DNA of 64,000 nt from Candidatus Fermentithermobacillaceae bacterium (lineage in GTDB: Bacteria; Bacillota; Sulfobacillia; Fermentithermobacillales; Fermentithermobacillaceae), in contig DUUV01000028.1 in NCBI GenBank assembly GCA_012841375.1, positions 563 to 64,562 on the forward strand. Reading direction: 5' to 3'. The notes beneath the pieces are model-generated. The model ran no database searches and was not told the DNA's origin. It worked only from the letters and a program-made list of their open reading frames with translations. Below, one piece after another: positions 33,514-44,470 of the stretch (within the stretch, counting starts at the first letter, position 1; the number at the start of each line of letters is the position of its first letter). The position numbers and the translations under genes were made by a program.

Positions 33514-34743
33514 TTGGAGAACCTTGAAGCGAAGAGGCAAGTCGAGATCCTGGGAGACAGGGCGGAAACCCTGGTCACGCCCGAGGACCTCTACGAGAAA
33601 ATAAAGGTCTCCCTGGAGACCAAGCGACCCATGAAAGTGAAACTGGGCGTTGACCCCAGCGCACCGGATCTGCACCTGGGCCACGTGGTCGTCATGAAGA
33701 AACTCAGGGAGTTTCAAGAGCTCGGCCACGAGATCTATTTCGTCATCGGCGACTTCACAGGCATGATAGGGGATCCCAGCGGCCGTTCGACCACGAGGCG
33801 CCAGCTCTCCAGAGAAGAGGTGCAGGCCAACGCAGAGACCTACCGGGACCAAGCCACCCTCATTCTGGACCCTCAGAAGACCCACACGGTGTTCAACAGC
33901 TCTTGGCTTACGCCTATGAACTTCGTCGACGTCATAAAGCTGGGGTCCAGGTTCACCGTGGCACGGATGCTGGAACGGGATGACTTCAGGAAACGCTACG
34001 AGGGAGGGCTTCCCATCGGCGTCCATGAGTTCATGTACCCTCTGGCCCAGGCCTACGACTCGGTGGCCATAGGCGCCGACGTAGAGTTGGGTGGGACCGA
34101 TCAGACTTTCAACCTTCTGGTAGGTCGGGCGATCCAGCCCGAGTACGGGCAGAAACCTCAGGTGTGTCTCACTCTGCCGATCTTGGCGGGGCTGGACGGC
34201 GTCCAGAAGATGTCCAAGAGCCTGGGCAATTACGTGGCGGTGAAGGACGAGCCCAACGAGATGTTCGGCAAGATCATGTCGATCCCCGACGCACAGATGA
34301 GCACCTACTACAGGCTGGTCCTCACGAAAAGCCGGGCGTGGGTGGAAGCCCTTGAGGCGGACCTCAAGTCTGGCAAGGCCCATCCCATGGACGCGAAGAT
34401 GGCCTTGGCGGGTGAGATCGTCAAAGAATTCCACGATGCGGCCGCCGCCGAAGCCGCCAAGTCGGAATTCCTGAGGGTGTTCAGGGAAAGGGAGATCCCG
34501 ACCGAAATCCAAGAGATATTTGTAGATGAAGGAAAAGAGGGCGACCAGATCGGCCTCGCCCGGCTCGTTTGCCTTACCGGCCTCGCGTCTTCCTCTTCTG
34601 AGGCAAGGAGGCTCCTTAAGGGCGGCGCCGTACGGGTAGACGGGATCAAGCAGAGCCTCGAGTCGGCGACGGTCACTCTCTCAGACGGCATGCTCCTCCA
34701 GGTGGGCAAGCGCCGGTTCTGCAAAGTCAGGGTAGGGCGTTAG
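33514..34743 (+). CDS. tyrS: Tyrosine--tRNA ligase
   Basis: GVDPSAPDLHLGH, KMSKS and a C-terminal S4 domain. Confidence 0.97.
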   Translation: MENLEAKRQVEILGDRAETLVTPEDLYEKIKVSLETKRPMKVKLGVDPSAPDLHLGHVVVMKKLREFQELGHEIYFVIGDFTGMIGDPSGRSTTRRQLSREEVQANAETYRDQATLILDPQKTHTVFNSSWLTPMNFVDVIKLGSRFTVARMLERDDFRKRYEGGLPIGVHEFMYPLAQAYDSVAIGADVELGGTDQTFNLLVGRAIQPEYGQKPQVCLTLPILAGLDGVQKMSKSLGNYVAVKDEPNEMFGKIMSIPDAQMSTYYRLVLTKSRAWVEALEADLKSGKAHPMDAKMALAGEIVKEFHDAAAAEAAKSEFLRVFREREIPTEIQEIFVDEGKEGDQIGLARLVCLTGLASSSSEARRLLKGGAVRVDGIKQSLESATVTLSDGMLLQVGKRRFCKVRVGR

Positions 34744-34758
34744 CCAAGCCTCCGGGAA

Positions 34759-34787
34759 TCAAGTTCAAGTCTCCAACCGCATATAAT
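34759..34787 (+). promoter_or_regulatory. sigma-E-like promoter upstream of yunB
   Basis: TCAAGTT-14 bp-CATATAAT. Confidence 0.55.
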
Positions 34788-35499
34788 GAGGAGCTTCTTG
34801 AGAGAGGGAGGGCTCCTCATTTTTCGCAGGAGGAAGTTGCGTTCCGGCGCCTCCAGGCTACCGGGAGGCGTCAGGATTGGGGCGGGAACTAAGGCCGCCT
34901 TGTACTGCCTTGCGGCCTTAGCTCTTGTCGTGTGGTTGTTCCTTTGGGCCGAACGCTCGATCATCCCTACCCTTGTGGCCATAGCCGAATCGGAGACCAC
35001 CCGGGCGGCAAACGAAGTGATCGTGAGCACCATAAACGAGCATCTGGCAACCCTCCTAAACGGCAAGGTGCTCCTTGAGTTTGAGACCGGACCGACCGGA
35101 GATCTGCTCTACGTAAGAACCAACACCACCGCCCTGAATCAGGTCCAGGCCGACGCCCTCGAAGTACTGCAGGAGGCCATCGGCGCTCTGGAGCCTTTCA
35201 CTATCCGGGTGCCCATGGGCCAGGCATTCGGCTCCAAACTGTTCGCTCCCGTAGGTCCCAAGATCCCCGTGAAAGTCATCCCCTACGGTACAGTGAGGGC
35301 TCAGGTGTACGACTCGTACGACGTTACGGGCATCAACCAGACCAGGTACAATATACTGTTGAGAGCCACCTGTTCCGTGCGCGTCATCATTCCTCTCATC
35401 TCGGCCAGGACCGAGGTCGTAACCGACATCCCGCTCACCACAGTGCTTATCCCGGGCAAGGTGCCTGACACGTACTTGTCCTTTCCCCCCGTGAAGTGA
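34786..35499 (+). CDS. yunB: Sporulation protein YunB (true start probably downstream of the track start)
   Basis: N-terminal TM helix, IRVPMGQAFG, GPKIPVKVIPYG, GINQTRY, IPGKVPDTY. Confidence 0.9.
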   Translation: MRSFLREGGLLIFRRRKLRSGASRLPGGVRIGAGTKAALYCLAALALVVWLFLWAERSIIPTLVAIAESETTRAANEVIVSTINEHLATLLNGKVLLEFETGPTGDLLYVRTNTTALNQVQADALEVLQEAIGALEPFTIRVPMGQAFGSKLFAPVGPKIPVKVIPYGTVRAQVYDSYDVTGINQTRYNILLRATCSVRVIIPLISARTEVVTDIPLTTVLIPGKVPDTYLSFPPVK

Positions 35500-35598
35500 G
35501 AATGTCGCGTGCCGTGCGGGAACCCTAGTTCTTGGGCCCCGGATAACCCGCGGGCGGCCGGCTCGCATGTCCTGGTATAATGAGTCATAGCGCGGGAG

Positions 35599-36351
35599 GT
35601 GACGGCCTTGGCGATCCAAGACTACGCTTCGGCTTCGGAGCACTTGATAAGGTGGATGCGCGACCGGGCCCGGGAAGCGGGGGCCCGCGGAGGAGTGTTC
35701 GGCCTTTCGGGAGGTCTCGATTCGGCGCTGGTCCTGGCTCTGGCAAAGAAGGCTTACGGGCGTGAATGCCTGGCCCTCATCATGCCTTGCCATTCACTCC
35801 AAGAAGATGTCGATGACGCCCTCGATCTGGCACGCCTGTTTGATTGTCCTTACCGGGTGGTTGACCTCGGACCCGCATACGATGCTTTGCTCGCCTCGTT
35901 CCGGGACGCCGGAGTCCCACGAGTGTCCGAGTCCTCACTGGCCGAGGCCAACTTGAAACCCCGGCTCCGCATGGCGACATGGTACTATTACGCCAGCCTC
36001 ATGAACTACCTGGTGGTGGGCTGCAGCAACAGGGATGAACTCTACGTAGGGTATACGACCAAGCACGGAGACTCGGGCGTTGACATAATGCCCCTCGCCA
36101 ACCTCACTAAGGCCGAGGTAAAACGGATGGCTGCTTTCCTGGGGGTTCCCGAAAGGATCGTCGAGAGAGTGCCTTCGGCCGGCCTGTGGAAGGGCCAAAC
36201 CGACGAAGAGGAAATGGGCATTACATACCGGGACCTGGACAGTTATCTCTTGGGACAGCCCGTGAGCGACGAAGCCCGGGAAAAAATCGAGCGGAGACAC
36301 AGGAACTCAGAGCACAAGAGGAGAATGCCTCCAGTCCCGGACAAGTTTTAG
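35599..36351 (+). CDS. nadE: NH3-dependent NAD+ synthetase
   Basis: GLSGGLDSA, NLKPRLRM, YTTKHGDSG, PSAGLWKGQTDE. Confidence 0.96.
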   Translation: MTALAIQDYASASEHLIRWMRDRAREAGARGGVFGLSGGLDSALVLALAKKAYGRECLALIMPCHSLQEDVDDALDLARLFDCPYRVVDLGPAYDALLASFRDAGVPRVSESSLAEANLKPRLRMATWYYYASLMNYLVVGCSNRDELYVGYTTKHGDSGVDIMPLANLTKAEVKRMAAFLGVPERIVERVPSAGLWKGQTDEEEMGITYRDLDSYLLGQPVSDEAREKIERRHRNSEHKRRMPPVPDKF

Positions 36352-36362
36352 GAGGATTTCTT

Positions 36363-37103
36363 ATGGCAGGACACTCGAAGTGGGCGACGATCAAGAGGCA
36401 CAAGGCCAAGATGGACGCCGCAAGGTCCAACATCATCTCGAAAGCCATCCGCGAAGTCATGCTGGCGGCACGCCAGGGTGGCGGGAACCCCGACGGCAAC
36501 TTCCGGCTCAAGATGGCCATCGAGAAGGCAAAGGCGTCCAACGTCGCGATGGACAGCATAAATCGCGCGATCAAGCGGGGGACCGGAGAGAGCGGAGAAG
36601 GCGTTCAAGTTGAGGAGCTCACCTACGAAGGGTACGGGCCCGGAGGAACTGCCGTGCTGGTTGAAGCCGCTACCGACAACCGCAACCGGACCGCGGGCGA
36701 GATCAGGTTCATCTTCTCCAAACACGGAGGGAAGCTTTCGGAGATCGGTTCCGTGGCGTGGATGTTCGAGCAAAAGGGAGTCATCGTGATCGAGAAGGGC
36801 GAACTGTCGGAAGACGATGTGCTCACAATGGGCATAGAGTCAGGCGCCGAAGATGTGCGGGCCGAGGAAGATTCTTACGTCATCTACACCGCCCCGGGCG
36901 ATCTGGACGCCGTGAGGAGACAGGTTGAGGCTGACCCCAGAGTGGTCATCGTATCCGCGGAGTTGGACCAGAGCCCCACGACCACGGTCTCCGTCGAGGG
37001 GGAGGACGCCGACAAGGTGATCCGGCTCCTCGAAGCGCTGGACGACCACGACGACGTCACCAAAGTGTACTCCAACTTCGATACGCCTGAAGCCGAGGCA
37101 TAA
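36363..37103 (+). CDS. YebC/PmpR-family protein
   Basis: AGGAGG RBS, MAGHSKWATIK, YEGYGPGG, TDNRNRT. Confidence 0.96.
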   Translation: MAGHSKWATIKRHKAKMDAARSNIISKAIREVMLAARQGGGNPDGNFRLKMAIEKAKASNVAMDSINRAIKRGTGESGEGVQVEELTYEGYGPGGTAVLVEAATDNRNRTAGEIRFIFSKHGGKLSEIGSVAWMFEQKGVIVIEKGELSEDDVLTMGIESGAEDVRAEEDSYVIYTAPGDLDAVRRQVEADPRVVIVSAELDQSPTTTVSVEGEDADKVIRLLEALDDHDDVTKVYSNFDTPEAEA

Positions 37104-37148
37104 ATACGTCTCTTCCAGGGAAAAATAAGGTCCCTGGAGTGAGACGTA

Positions 37149-37736
37149 TTGGCAAAACCACCCCCAAGCGCGTACAAGCGATGGGTCTTGGTTCTCATCT
37201 CGATATCCGCCGTTGCCTGCACGGTCATTGCCGGCAGCATGCTCATGAAGGGCGGCGGGCTGAGCCTTCCTTTCTTCACAAGCCAAGCCGACGCGTCAAG
37301 ACCCGATGTGCGGGTTGAATATCGCACCGAGTACTTGAGGTGCGGCGATGCACTTGTGGAGTATCGCGAGCATCCGGCCGCCGAACTGGACTCAGTGATG
37401 GCAGGCTTGTCGCAGGCGTGGAGCGTTGCCGAAGGTTCAGGGCCCGGAGTTCGTCTTCTGCGGCAGATCGACGATTACTGCGATACTCACTTAAGGTGCA
37501 GGCTGATCGCCATCTACCGCGGATACGTCTGCGTATTCAGGGGGAAAGATCCCGACCCCCGGTTCCTGGTAAGAGAGCTGCCGGATATTCGAGAGACAGA
37601 CCTCGCCGAAAGGGATAGGGCTTTTCTGAGGAAAGGCTACGTCATCGAAGCAGATCCACAGATGCCACAGACCGAGGTCCCGGCGGCCCTGGACCGGGAA
37701 GTCGTCGTCTATCTGGAAGGGATAAAGGAACACTAG
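37149..37736 (+). CDS. BofC C-terminal-domain-like protein
   Basis: Signal/TM segment and C-terminal IAIYRGYVCVFRG...L...DRAFLRKG. Lies upstream of the ruv genes, as bofC does in Bacillus. Confidence 0.55.
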   Translation: MAKPPPSAYKRWVLVLISISAVACTVIAGSMLMKGGGLSLPFFTSQADASRPDVRVEYRTEYLRCGDALVEYREHPAAELDSVMAGLSQAWSVAEGSGPGVRLLRQIDDYCDTHLRCRLIAIYRGYVCVFRGKDPDPRFLVRELPDIRETDLAERDRAFLRKGYVIEADPQMPQTEVPAALDREVVVYLEGIKEH

Positions 37737-37762
37737 GTAGAAGACTTGCGCGGGTGAGACCC

Positions 37763-38263
37763 ATGCGCATACTCGGACTTGATCCAGGAACCGAGAGGAC
37801 AGGGTGGGGGGTTGTGGACTCAAAGGGCCACGAATTCCTTGCCGTGGACTACGGCTGCATAGTGACCAAGAAACAAGACAGCCTCCCGGAGAGGCTGCTC
37901 GTTATTTGGACCGAACTCACCAGGATAATCGCGAAGCACTCTCCGGACGTAGTGGCAGTCGAGGAACTGTTTTTCGCCAAGAACGCCAAATCGGCCATTC
38001 ACGTGGGTCACGGCAGAGGCGTATGCCTCTTGGCGGCGGCCGCCAACGGGCTCCCCGTGGAAGAAGTGACTCCACTGCAGGTAAAGTCGTCGATTGTGGG
38101 ATACGGAGTCGCTACCAAGGAGCAGGTAGGGACAATGATCCAGAGGATCCTGGGCCTTTCGAAAGTCCCGCGGCCCGACGACACTTGCGACGCGCTGGCA
38201 GTCGCCGTGACGGCGTGCACCAAACGCTCCTTCAATGCCCGACTGGCCAAGGAGAGGAAATAG
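37763..38263 (+). CDS. ruvC: Holliday junction resolvase RuvC
   Basis: MRILGLDPG, AVEELFF, PDDTCDALAVA. Confidence 0.97.
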   Translation: MRILGLDPGTERTGWGVVDSKGHEFLAVDYGCIVTKKQDSLPERLLVIWTELTRIIAKHSPDVVAVEELFFAKNAKSAIHVGHGRGVCLLAAAANGLPVEEVTPLQVKSSIVGYGVATKEQVGTMIQRILGLSKVPRPDDTCDALAVAVTACTKRSFNARLAKERK

Positions 38264-38300
38264 ACCGAAAAAGCTTCAGAGAATTGACCGGAGGCAGGAC

Positions 38301-38894
38301 ATGATAGCCGAACTGAGGGGAGTCTTGGTGGACAAAGGCAAAGACACATTAGTCGTGGATACCGGCGGAGTTGGCTACGAAGTGCTGGTGACGCAGGGAC
38401 TCCTTAATGCCCACTCTCTCCAAGACAGCATTCATCTTTATACCCGGTTGGTCGTGCGAGAAGACGGAATGACTCTCTACGGGTTCAGTACCCGTGAGGA
38501 AAGGGCGTGCTTTGATCTACTCCAAAGCGTGAGAGGGGTCGGCTCGAAGGTGGCCCTGGCAGTCGTTTCCGCCATGGAGCCCGAGGAGTTCTACCGGGCG
38601 GTCATCGCCCAGGATGAAGAGGGGCTCACAGGCGTCCCGGGAGTAGGGAAGAAGACCGCCGCCAGAATCATACTGGAGCTCAGAGACAGGATCGGCCTTG
38701 GGGCGTCCAAAGGGCCGGCTCCGAGGTCCCGGCCCCCTCGAGATGTCAGCGAAGAAGCCCTTGAGGCCCTCCTCGCATTGGGATATACCTGGCAGGAAGC
38801 CAGGGATGCCGTGGCGAACATAAGTTTGGAGATGACCGGAGGCAACCTCGAAAGCGTCTTGAGGGAGGCCCTAAGAAGACTTGCCCGACTCTAG
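38301..38894 (+). CDS. ruvA: Holliday junction helicase subunit RuvA
   Basis: [27 protein letters not shown]. Confidence 0.97.
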   Translation: MIAELRGVLVDKGKDTLVVDTGGVGYEVLVTQGLLNAHSLQDSIHLYTRLVVREDGMTLYGFSTREERACFDLLQSVRGVGSKVALAVVSAMEPEEFYRAVIAQDEEGLTGVPGVGKKTAARIILELRDRIGLGASKGPAPRSRPPRDVSEEALEALLALGYTWQEARDAVANISLEMTGGNLESVLREALRRLARL

Positions 38895-39912
38895 AAACTT
38901 GATATCCAAAGAGAAGCAGTTGGAGGACGAACACGTCGAAGTATCTCTTAGGCCAAACTACCTGCACGAATACATAGGCCAGGAAGTGGTCAAGGAGAAC
39001 CTGAACGTGTTCATTGAGGCCGCCCGGCAGCGCGGAGACGCCCTGGACCACATCCTTCTCTCCGGCCCGCCCGGACTTGGGAAGACTACCTTGGCCCACA
39101 TAATCGCCAACGAACTGGGGACAAGCATAAGGGTGACCTCCGGCCCCGCCATCGAAAGGGCGGGCGACCTGGTTGCCATCCTCACCAACCTGGAAGACAG
39201 GGACGTGTTGTTCATAGACGAGATCCACCGGCTGAGCCACGTGGCCGAGGAAGCCCTGTATCCTGCCATGGAAGATTTCAGCTACGATTGGGTGGCGGGC
39301 AGGGGGCCCCAAGCCAGGACCTACCGGCTGAAGCTTCCCAAGTTCACCCTGATCGCCGCGACGACCCGGAGCGGACTCTTGACTTCGCCTCTTCGAGACA
39401 GGTTCGGCATCAATTTCAGGCTGGAGTACTACACCGATGAGGACCTGTATCAGGTGGTGGAGAGGTCCGCCAAAATACTGGACATACCGCTCCACAAGGA
39501 CGGCGGCATGGAGATCGCCCGGAGGTCCAGGGGGACGCCGAGAATTGCCAACCGGCTGCTTCGCAGGGTGCGCGATTTCGCTCAGGTCCGAAAGGACGGG
39601 GAGATATCAAGAGAGGTGGCCGCCGAGGCCCTGGCCATGCTGGACATCGACGAGATGGGTCTGGACAGGCTCGACAGGCAGATCCTCCTTACCGTGATAG
39701 AAAACTACGGCGGGGGGCCGGTAGGCCTGTCCACGCTGGCCGCTTCACTCTCGGAGGACCCGGGCACGTTGGAAGATGTGTATGAGCCCTATCTCCTGCA
39801 GATCGGGTTTCTGGAGCGGACGCCCAGAGGTCGCAGCGTCACCGCCAAAGCCATGGAATACATGGGGAAGTCAGGCGCGCGAAGCCAAGGGAGGCTGTTC
39901 GAGAGACCGTGA
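38881..39912 (+). CDS. ruvB: Holliday junction helicase subunit RuvB
   Basis: LRP...[31 protein letters not shown]. Confidence 0.97.
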   Translation: MPDSRNLISKEKQLEDEHVEVSLRPNYLHEYIGQEVVKENLNVFIEAARQRGDALDHILLSGPPGLGKTTLAHIIANELGTSIRVTSGPAIERAGDLVAILTNLEDRDVLFIDEIHRLSHVAEEALYPAMEDFSYDWVAGRGPQARTYRLKLPKFTLIAATTRSGLLTSPLRDRFGINFRLEYYTDEDLYQVVERSAKILDIPLHKDGGMEIARRSRGTPRIANRLLRRVRDFAQVRKDGEISREVAAEALAMLDIDEMGLDRLDRQILLTVIENYGGGPVGLSTLAASLSEDPGTLEDVYEPYLLQIGFLERTPRGRSVTAKAMEYMGKSGARSQGRLFERP

Positions 39913-40436
39913 GAGTCCTGATGCACTCGTGCTGCGCCCCGTGTTCCACCTTCTCACTGGCCCTCATGAGATCCATGGGGTATTCGGTGAGCGCCCTGTT
40001 CGTGAACCCAAACATATATCCCGAGCATGAAGGCGAGAAGCGGTGGCTCACGCTCTGGGAATTCGCCTCTCTAGAGGGGATGCCCGTCTGCCGGGTGGAG
40101 GTTGGACATGAGAAGTGGCTGGAGACTGTGTCGGCCGACCTGGCCAAGCCCGGGCGCTGCGTCTTGTGCTACAGGACGAGACTTGACGAGACGGCAAGGA
40201 GGGCTAGAGACGAGGGGTTTCAGTACTTCACAACCTCACTCCTTCTCAGCATCTACCAGGATCACGATGCCATAGTCCGAGAAGCGCGGGAAGCGTCCCG
40301 GAGGCACTCGGTGGAGTTTCTGTACTTTGATTTCCGGAAAGGGTATAGAAGGAGCAGGGAAATGGCTCGCGGAAAGCACCTGTACATGCAGAAGTACTGC
40401 GGTTGTGAGTTCAGCCTGAGGGGTGAGAACCGGTGA
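39909..40436 (+). CDS. queH: Epoxyqueuosine reductase QueH
   Basis: [32 protein letters not shown]; located in the que cluster. Confidence 0.9.
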   Translation: MRVLMHSCCAPCSTFSLALMRSMGYSVSALFVNPNIYPEHEGEKRWLTLWEFASLEGMPVCRVEVGHEKWLETVSADLAKPGRCVLCYRTRLDETARRARDEGFQYFTTSLLLSIYQDHDAIVREAREASRRHSVEFLYFDFRKGYRRSREMARGKHLYMQKYCGCEFSLRGENR

Positions 40437-40654
40437 ACGGCCAGTTCGATCTCGGTCGCTCAATCATTTTGTTGGGGCTCCTGTTGGTCGGCCTGGGTTT
40501 CGTGATCTCGGTCCTGGGCAGGCTGGGATTCGGTCGCCTCCCCGGCGACATCACCGTACAGAAGCCCGGGTTCACTTTCTACTTTCCGTTGGCCAGTTGC
40601 GTGCTCTTGAGTCTTCTCCTCACGCTCGCGTTCTGGCTTCTGAGGAGGAGATGA
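40433..40654 (+). CDS. DUF2905 small membrane protein
   Basis: GRLPGDI...FYFPLASC..LSLLL. Confidence 0.88.
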   Translation: MNGQFDLGRSIILLGLLLVGLGFVISVLGRLGFGRLPGDITVQKPGFTFYFPLASCVLLSLLLTLAFWLLRRR

Positions 40655-40655
40655 G

Positions 40656-42119
40656 ATGATTCCCGGAGGGAAGAAAAAGGCGGCGGCCGGCCTGTGGCGC
40701 GCCGTGTTGGTGGTAACCTTCGTCCTCTACTTGGCGCTTCACGTCGGGTCTCCAGAGGCAACCCCGGCGCTCCTGGCAGGCGGCTCTTCGCCGTCCGGGC
40801 CTACATCCCCAGAGGTGCTCGTCGGCCTTTTTCGTACTCAGTCGGTCAGTTTCGGCTGCGGCGGGAACTGGTCTCTCACGTGTTCCAATGGAGAAAGAGT
40901 TTCCCTGAAGGCCGGGAGTTCCCTTACTCTTGATGCGTCGGGGTCGCGCATAACGTGGACGGTATCGGGAGGAAGCCCCGTCAAGTCAACGGAAAGCGGG
41001 AACCTCTTGGTGTCGCCTGCCTCGCCCGATGGTCCTTTCATCTCGGTGACCGCAGCGCAAGGCGCAGGCACCTCCTATCGCTTCATGACGTTCCGCGGCA
41101 GCATGGTGGTGATGGTCGATGAGGGGGGCCTACTCGTCGCCAACGCGATCGATATGGAGGAATACGTTCAGTCGGTCGTCGGCGGCGAGGTCATCGACTC
41201 GTGGCCGGTTGAGACCTTCAGGGCTCAGGCGGTGGCGGTGCGAAGCTACGCCGCGCACAAGACCGGTCTCCGGAGGGACTGGCCGGACCGGGACTACGTG
41301 AGCGTGTTCGCTTCGCTCCGACCCGAAGACGTCCTCATTTGGTCCCATGACCAAGTATACAGAGGGATAGGGGAGGAAACGGCCGCCACGCGTTCTGCCA
41401 CGCTGTCAACGAGAGGCCAGGTCCTCACACACGGAGGGTTGCCCGCCGCGACCTATTACCATTCAGATGCGGGCGGGATGACAGAAGACCCGTGCTACGT
41501 CTGGGGAAGGGGCGTACCCTACCTGGTGGCCGTCGAAGAGCCGCCCCACGAGTCTCCCCATTCTTCTTGGACGGTGACGCTCAAGCCCGAAGACTTGACG
41601 GCGGCGGCAGACCGTTTGGGACTCAGTCTGCCCGGGCCAGTGGACGCCCTTCGGGGGCTGGAACGGGGTGTTTCGGGCAGGTGGTTCACGGTCTCCCTGG
41701 GGTCCGGTTCTGACTTCGCGCCTGTCCGGGGCAACGACTTGCGGGCGGTGCTCCCACAGATCAAGAGCACTCTATTTTCCGCCTATACGGTCGGAGGCGG
41801 GCGGCCCACCGAAGGCTCGCTTTCCTCAGGCATGTGTTTCAGCGTCGCAGGGTCGGCGGGCGTCGTGCATGGAGTCCACCTGGGGTCGTCCTACATAGCC
41901 GGAAAGTCGGGGGAACCCCTTCCTCCGCCGGACGACGTAACCGTCTTGTCGGAGACGAGGGCCGGAAGTCCTCCTTACGTGGTCCTGCAGGGCTCAGGGT
42001 GGGGCCACGGCGTCGGCCTTTCTCAATGGGGCGCCCGGGGACTGGCCCTGGAAGGCAGAGACGCCCGTGAAATCCTCAATCTGTACTACCCTTCGACAAC
42101 GCTGGAACAATGGTGGTAG
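40656..42119 (+). CDS. SpoIID/LytB-domain protein
   Basis: EEYVQSVVGGEV, AQAVAVRSYA, DQVYRG, GWGHGVGLSQWGA. Confidence 0.92.
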   Translation: MIPGGKKKAAAGLWRAVLVVTFVLYLALHVGSPEATPALLAGGSSPSGPTSPEVLVGLFRTQSVSFGCGGNWSLTCSNGERVSLKAGSSLTLDASGSRITWTVSGGSPVKSTESGNLLVSPASPDGPFISVTAAQGAGTSYRFMTFRGSMVVMVDEGGLLVANAIDMEEYVQSVVGGEVIDSWPVETFRAQAVAVRSYAAHKTGLRRDWPDRDYVSVFASLRPEDVLIWSHDQVYRGIGEETAATRSATLSTRGQVLTHGGLPAATYYHSDAGGMTEDPCYVWGRGVPYLVAVEEPPHESPHSSWTVTLKPEDLTAAADRLGLSLPGPVDALRGLERGVSGRWFTVSLGSGSDFAPVRGNDLRAVLPQIKSTLFSAYTVGGGRPTEGSLSSGMCFSVAGSAGVVHGVHLGSSYIAGKSGEPLPPPDDVTVLSETRAGSPPYVVLQGSGWGHGVGLSQWGARGLALEGRDAREILNLYYPSTTLEQWW

Positions 42120-43172
42120 GTGGAACCGTTGAGAGTGGACGAGTTCGATTACTGTCTGCCGCAAGAGCTCATCGCCCAAGTGCCTCTTGACCGCCGCGAC
42201 GAATCGCGGCTCTTTGTGTTGGACCGCACTACCGGGAGGACGGCGCACAGGCGTTTTCACGACATCAAGGAGTATCTCCGTCCCGGGGACGTACTGGTGG
42301 TGAACGACACCAAAGTGATCCCCGCGCGCATGCACGGGAGGCGGGAGACGGGTGGGAAGATAGAGGTCTTGCTCCTCAAAAACCTGGGCGGAGACGACTG
42401 GGAGTGCCTCGTCAAACCCGGTCACAAGACCAGGATTGGAGACGCCATCACGATCTCCGACCCGGAGGCCGATGGGCAAGAGGTCGTCCTCAGGGGCACG
42501 GTGAAAGGCCGCACGGAATACGGGGGAAGGGTCGTTCACTGGGGCTACGACGGCACGTGGGAAGGTGCGCTCTCCCGGGCGGGGAAGGTCCCGCTTCCCC
42601 CGTACATCAAGACACCATTGACCGACCCGTCCAGGTACCAGACGGTCTACGCCAAGATGCCCGGATCGGCGGCCGCCCCCACGGCGGGGCTCCACTTCAC
42701 TCCGGAACTCCTTGGGGACCTGAGGGAGATGGGGGTCCTGGTAGAGGCCGTCACCCTGAACGTGGGCCTCGGGACTTTCAGGCCGGTGAGCGAAGAGACG
42801 GTCGAAGCCCACGTGATGCATGAGGAGTATTTCCAGATAAGCCGGAGCACGGCAGAAGCACTCAATGCGGCCAGGAGGAAGGGGGGCAGGCTCTTCGCGG
42901 TGGGGACCACGGTGGTCCGTTCGCTTGAGAGCGCCTCAACTGAAGCCGGAGAGGTGCTGCCGTTTTCGGGTGAGACGAGCATTTTCATCTACCCGCCCTA
43001 CCGCTTCAAAGTGATAGACAGCATGATAACCAACTTCCACCTGCCTAAGTCGACGTTGATCATGTTGGTGTCGGCGTTCGCGGGTAGAGACACGGTCATC
43101 CGGGCATACGAAGAAGCCGTATCCTTGAGGTACCGGTTCTTCTCGTTCGGAGACGCCATGTTGATCCTTTAG
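42120..43172 (+). CDS. queA: S-adenosylmethionine:tRNA ribosyltransferase-isomerase
   Basis: FDYCLPQELIAQ, LPPYI, RYQTVYA, AAPTAGLHF, TNFHLPKST, YRFFSFGDAM. Confidence 0.98.
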   Translation: MEPLRVDEFDYCLPQELIAQVPLDRRDESRLFVLDRTTGRTAHRRFHDIKEYLRPGDVLVVNDTKVIPARMHGRRETGGKIEVLLLKNLGGDDWECLVKPGHKTRIGDAITISDPEADGQEVVLRGTVKGRTEYGGRVVHWGYDGTWEGALSRAGKVPLPPYIKTPLTDPSRYQTVYAKMPGSAAAPTAGLHFTPELLGDLREMGVLVEAVTLNVGLGTFRPVSEETVEAHVMHEEYFQISRSTAEALNAARRKGGRLFAVGTTVVRSLESASTEAGEVLPFSGETSIFIYPPYRFKVIDSMITNFHLPKSTLIMLVSAFAGRDTVIRAYEEAVSLRYRFFSFGDAMLIL

Positions 43173-43177
43173 GATTC

Positions 43178-44320
43178 TTGAGGGGAGAGACGGATTTGGC
43201 CCAGAAACCGGACCTTGTTTTCAGTTGCGAGTACCAAAAAGGAAAGACCAGGCTAGGCCGCATTCGTACGGCCCATGGTGAATTCGAGACGCCCGTGTTC
43301 ATGCCCGTGGGGACCCAGGCGACCGTGAAATCGGTCCTCCCGGAGGACGTCTGGAACACGGGGTCCAAGATCATCCTCTCTAACGCCTATCACCTGCATC
43401 TGAGGCCAGGTACGGCTGCCGTCAAGGCGGCAGGCGGGCTCCACCGCTTCATGAACTGGAAAGGCTCCACCCTCACCGACAGCGGCGGTTTCCAGGTGAT
43501 GAGCCTGGGGTCAATGGTGAAGGTCACCGACGAAGGGGTGTCTTTTAGGTCCCACATTGACGGAAGCTCCGTGTTTTTCTCGCCTGAAGTGTCGGTGGGA
43601 GCCCAGGTAGACATCGGGGCCGACATCATCATGTGCTTCGACCAGTGTGTGCCGTATCCCGTCTCCAGAGAGGTCGCCCGCCAAGCGGTGGCGCGTACCA
43701 CGCTCTGGGCCGAGAGGGCCAAGTCGGTCGCCGTGCCCCCGTCTCAGGCCCTCTTTGGGATCGTGCAGGGCTCTGTCTGGAGCGATCTCCGAAAGGAGTC
43801 AGCCCTGGCCCTCTCGCGCCTGGATTTTCCGGGCTATGCCATAGGGGGACTGGCCGTCGGCGAACCCAAGAAGGAATTTTACGAAATCGTCCGGTTCACC
43901 GTAGACTGCTTGCCGGAAGACAGGCCGAGATACCTTATGGGAGTGGGACACCCTGTTGACCTCGTTGAGGGTGCTCTCAACGGAGTAGACATGTTCGACT
44001 GCGTCCTTCCCACGCGAAACGCCCGCCACGGCAGGGCCTTCACGTTCCAGGGAGGCCTGAACCTCCGCAACCGGAAGTACGCCTCGGACTTTGGACCACT
44101 TGAGGAAGGTTGCGACTGCGTGACTTGCCGGGAGTTCAAGAGGGCCTACTTGAGGCACCTTCTTGTGGCGGGAGAGACACTGGGTTCGACTCTTCTCACC
44201 ATACACAACCTCCGGTTTTTCCAAAGACTCATGGAGCGACTCAGAGAGTCAATCCGTCAAGGGACCGCGGAATCCCTCCGCCAGAAGCTAATGGACGCCT
44301 ATCCATTCGGCCAAACCTAG
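43178..44320 (+). CDS. tgt: tRNA-guanine transglycosylase
   Basis: TPVFMPVGT, TDSGGFQV, GIVQG, RYLMGVG, DMFDCV and zinc-binding CDCVTC. Confidence 0.98.
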   Translation: MRGETDLAQKPDLVFSCEYQKGKTRLGRIRTAHGEFETPVFMPVGTQATVKSVLPEDVWNTGSKIILSNAYHLHLRPGTAAVKAAGGLHRFMNWKGSTLTDSGGFQVMSLGSMVKVTDEGVSFRSHIDGSSVFFSPEVSVGAQVDIGADIIMCFDQCVPYPVSREVARQAVARTTLWAERAKSVAVPPSQALFGIVQGSVWSDLRKESALALSRLDFPGYAIGGLAVGEPKKEFYEIVRFTVDCLPEDRPRYLMGVGHPVDLVEGALNGVDMFDCVLPTRNARHGRAFTFQGGLNLRNRKYASDFGPLEEGCDCVTCREFKRAYLRHLLVAGETLGSTLLTIHNLRFFQRLMERLRESIRQGTAESLRQKLMDAYPFGQT

Positions 44321-44470
44321 GTGCCGTCCCGGCCATCTTTGAGGTCGGGCCGCCGTCCTTCATGATATTTGCCGTGCTCGGAAAAGGTAATCCATGAGAC
44401 TTGGTCGAACATGGAAAACCGAAGGCGTACAGTTTGTGTAAGTCAAAACGGGGACAAGGAGGTTGGAAAC

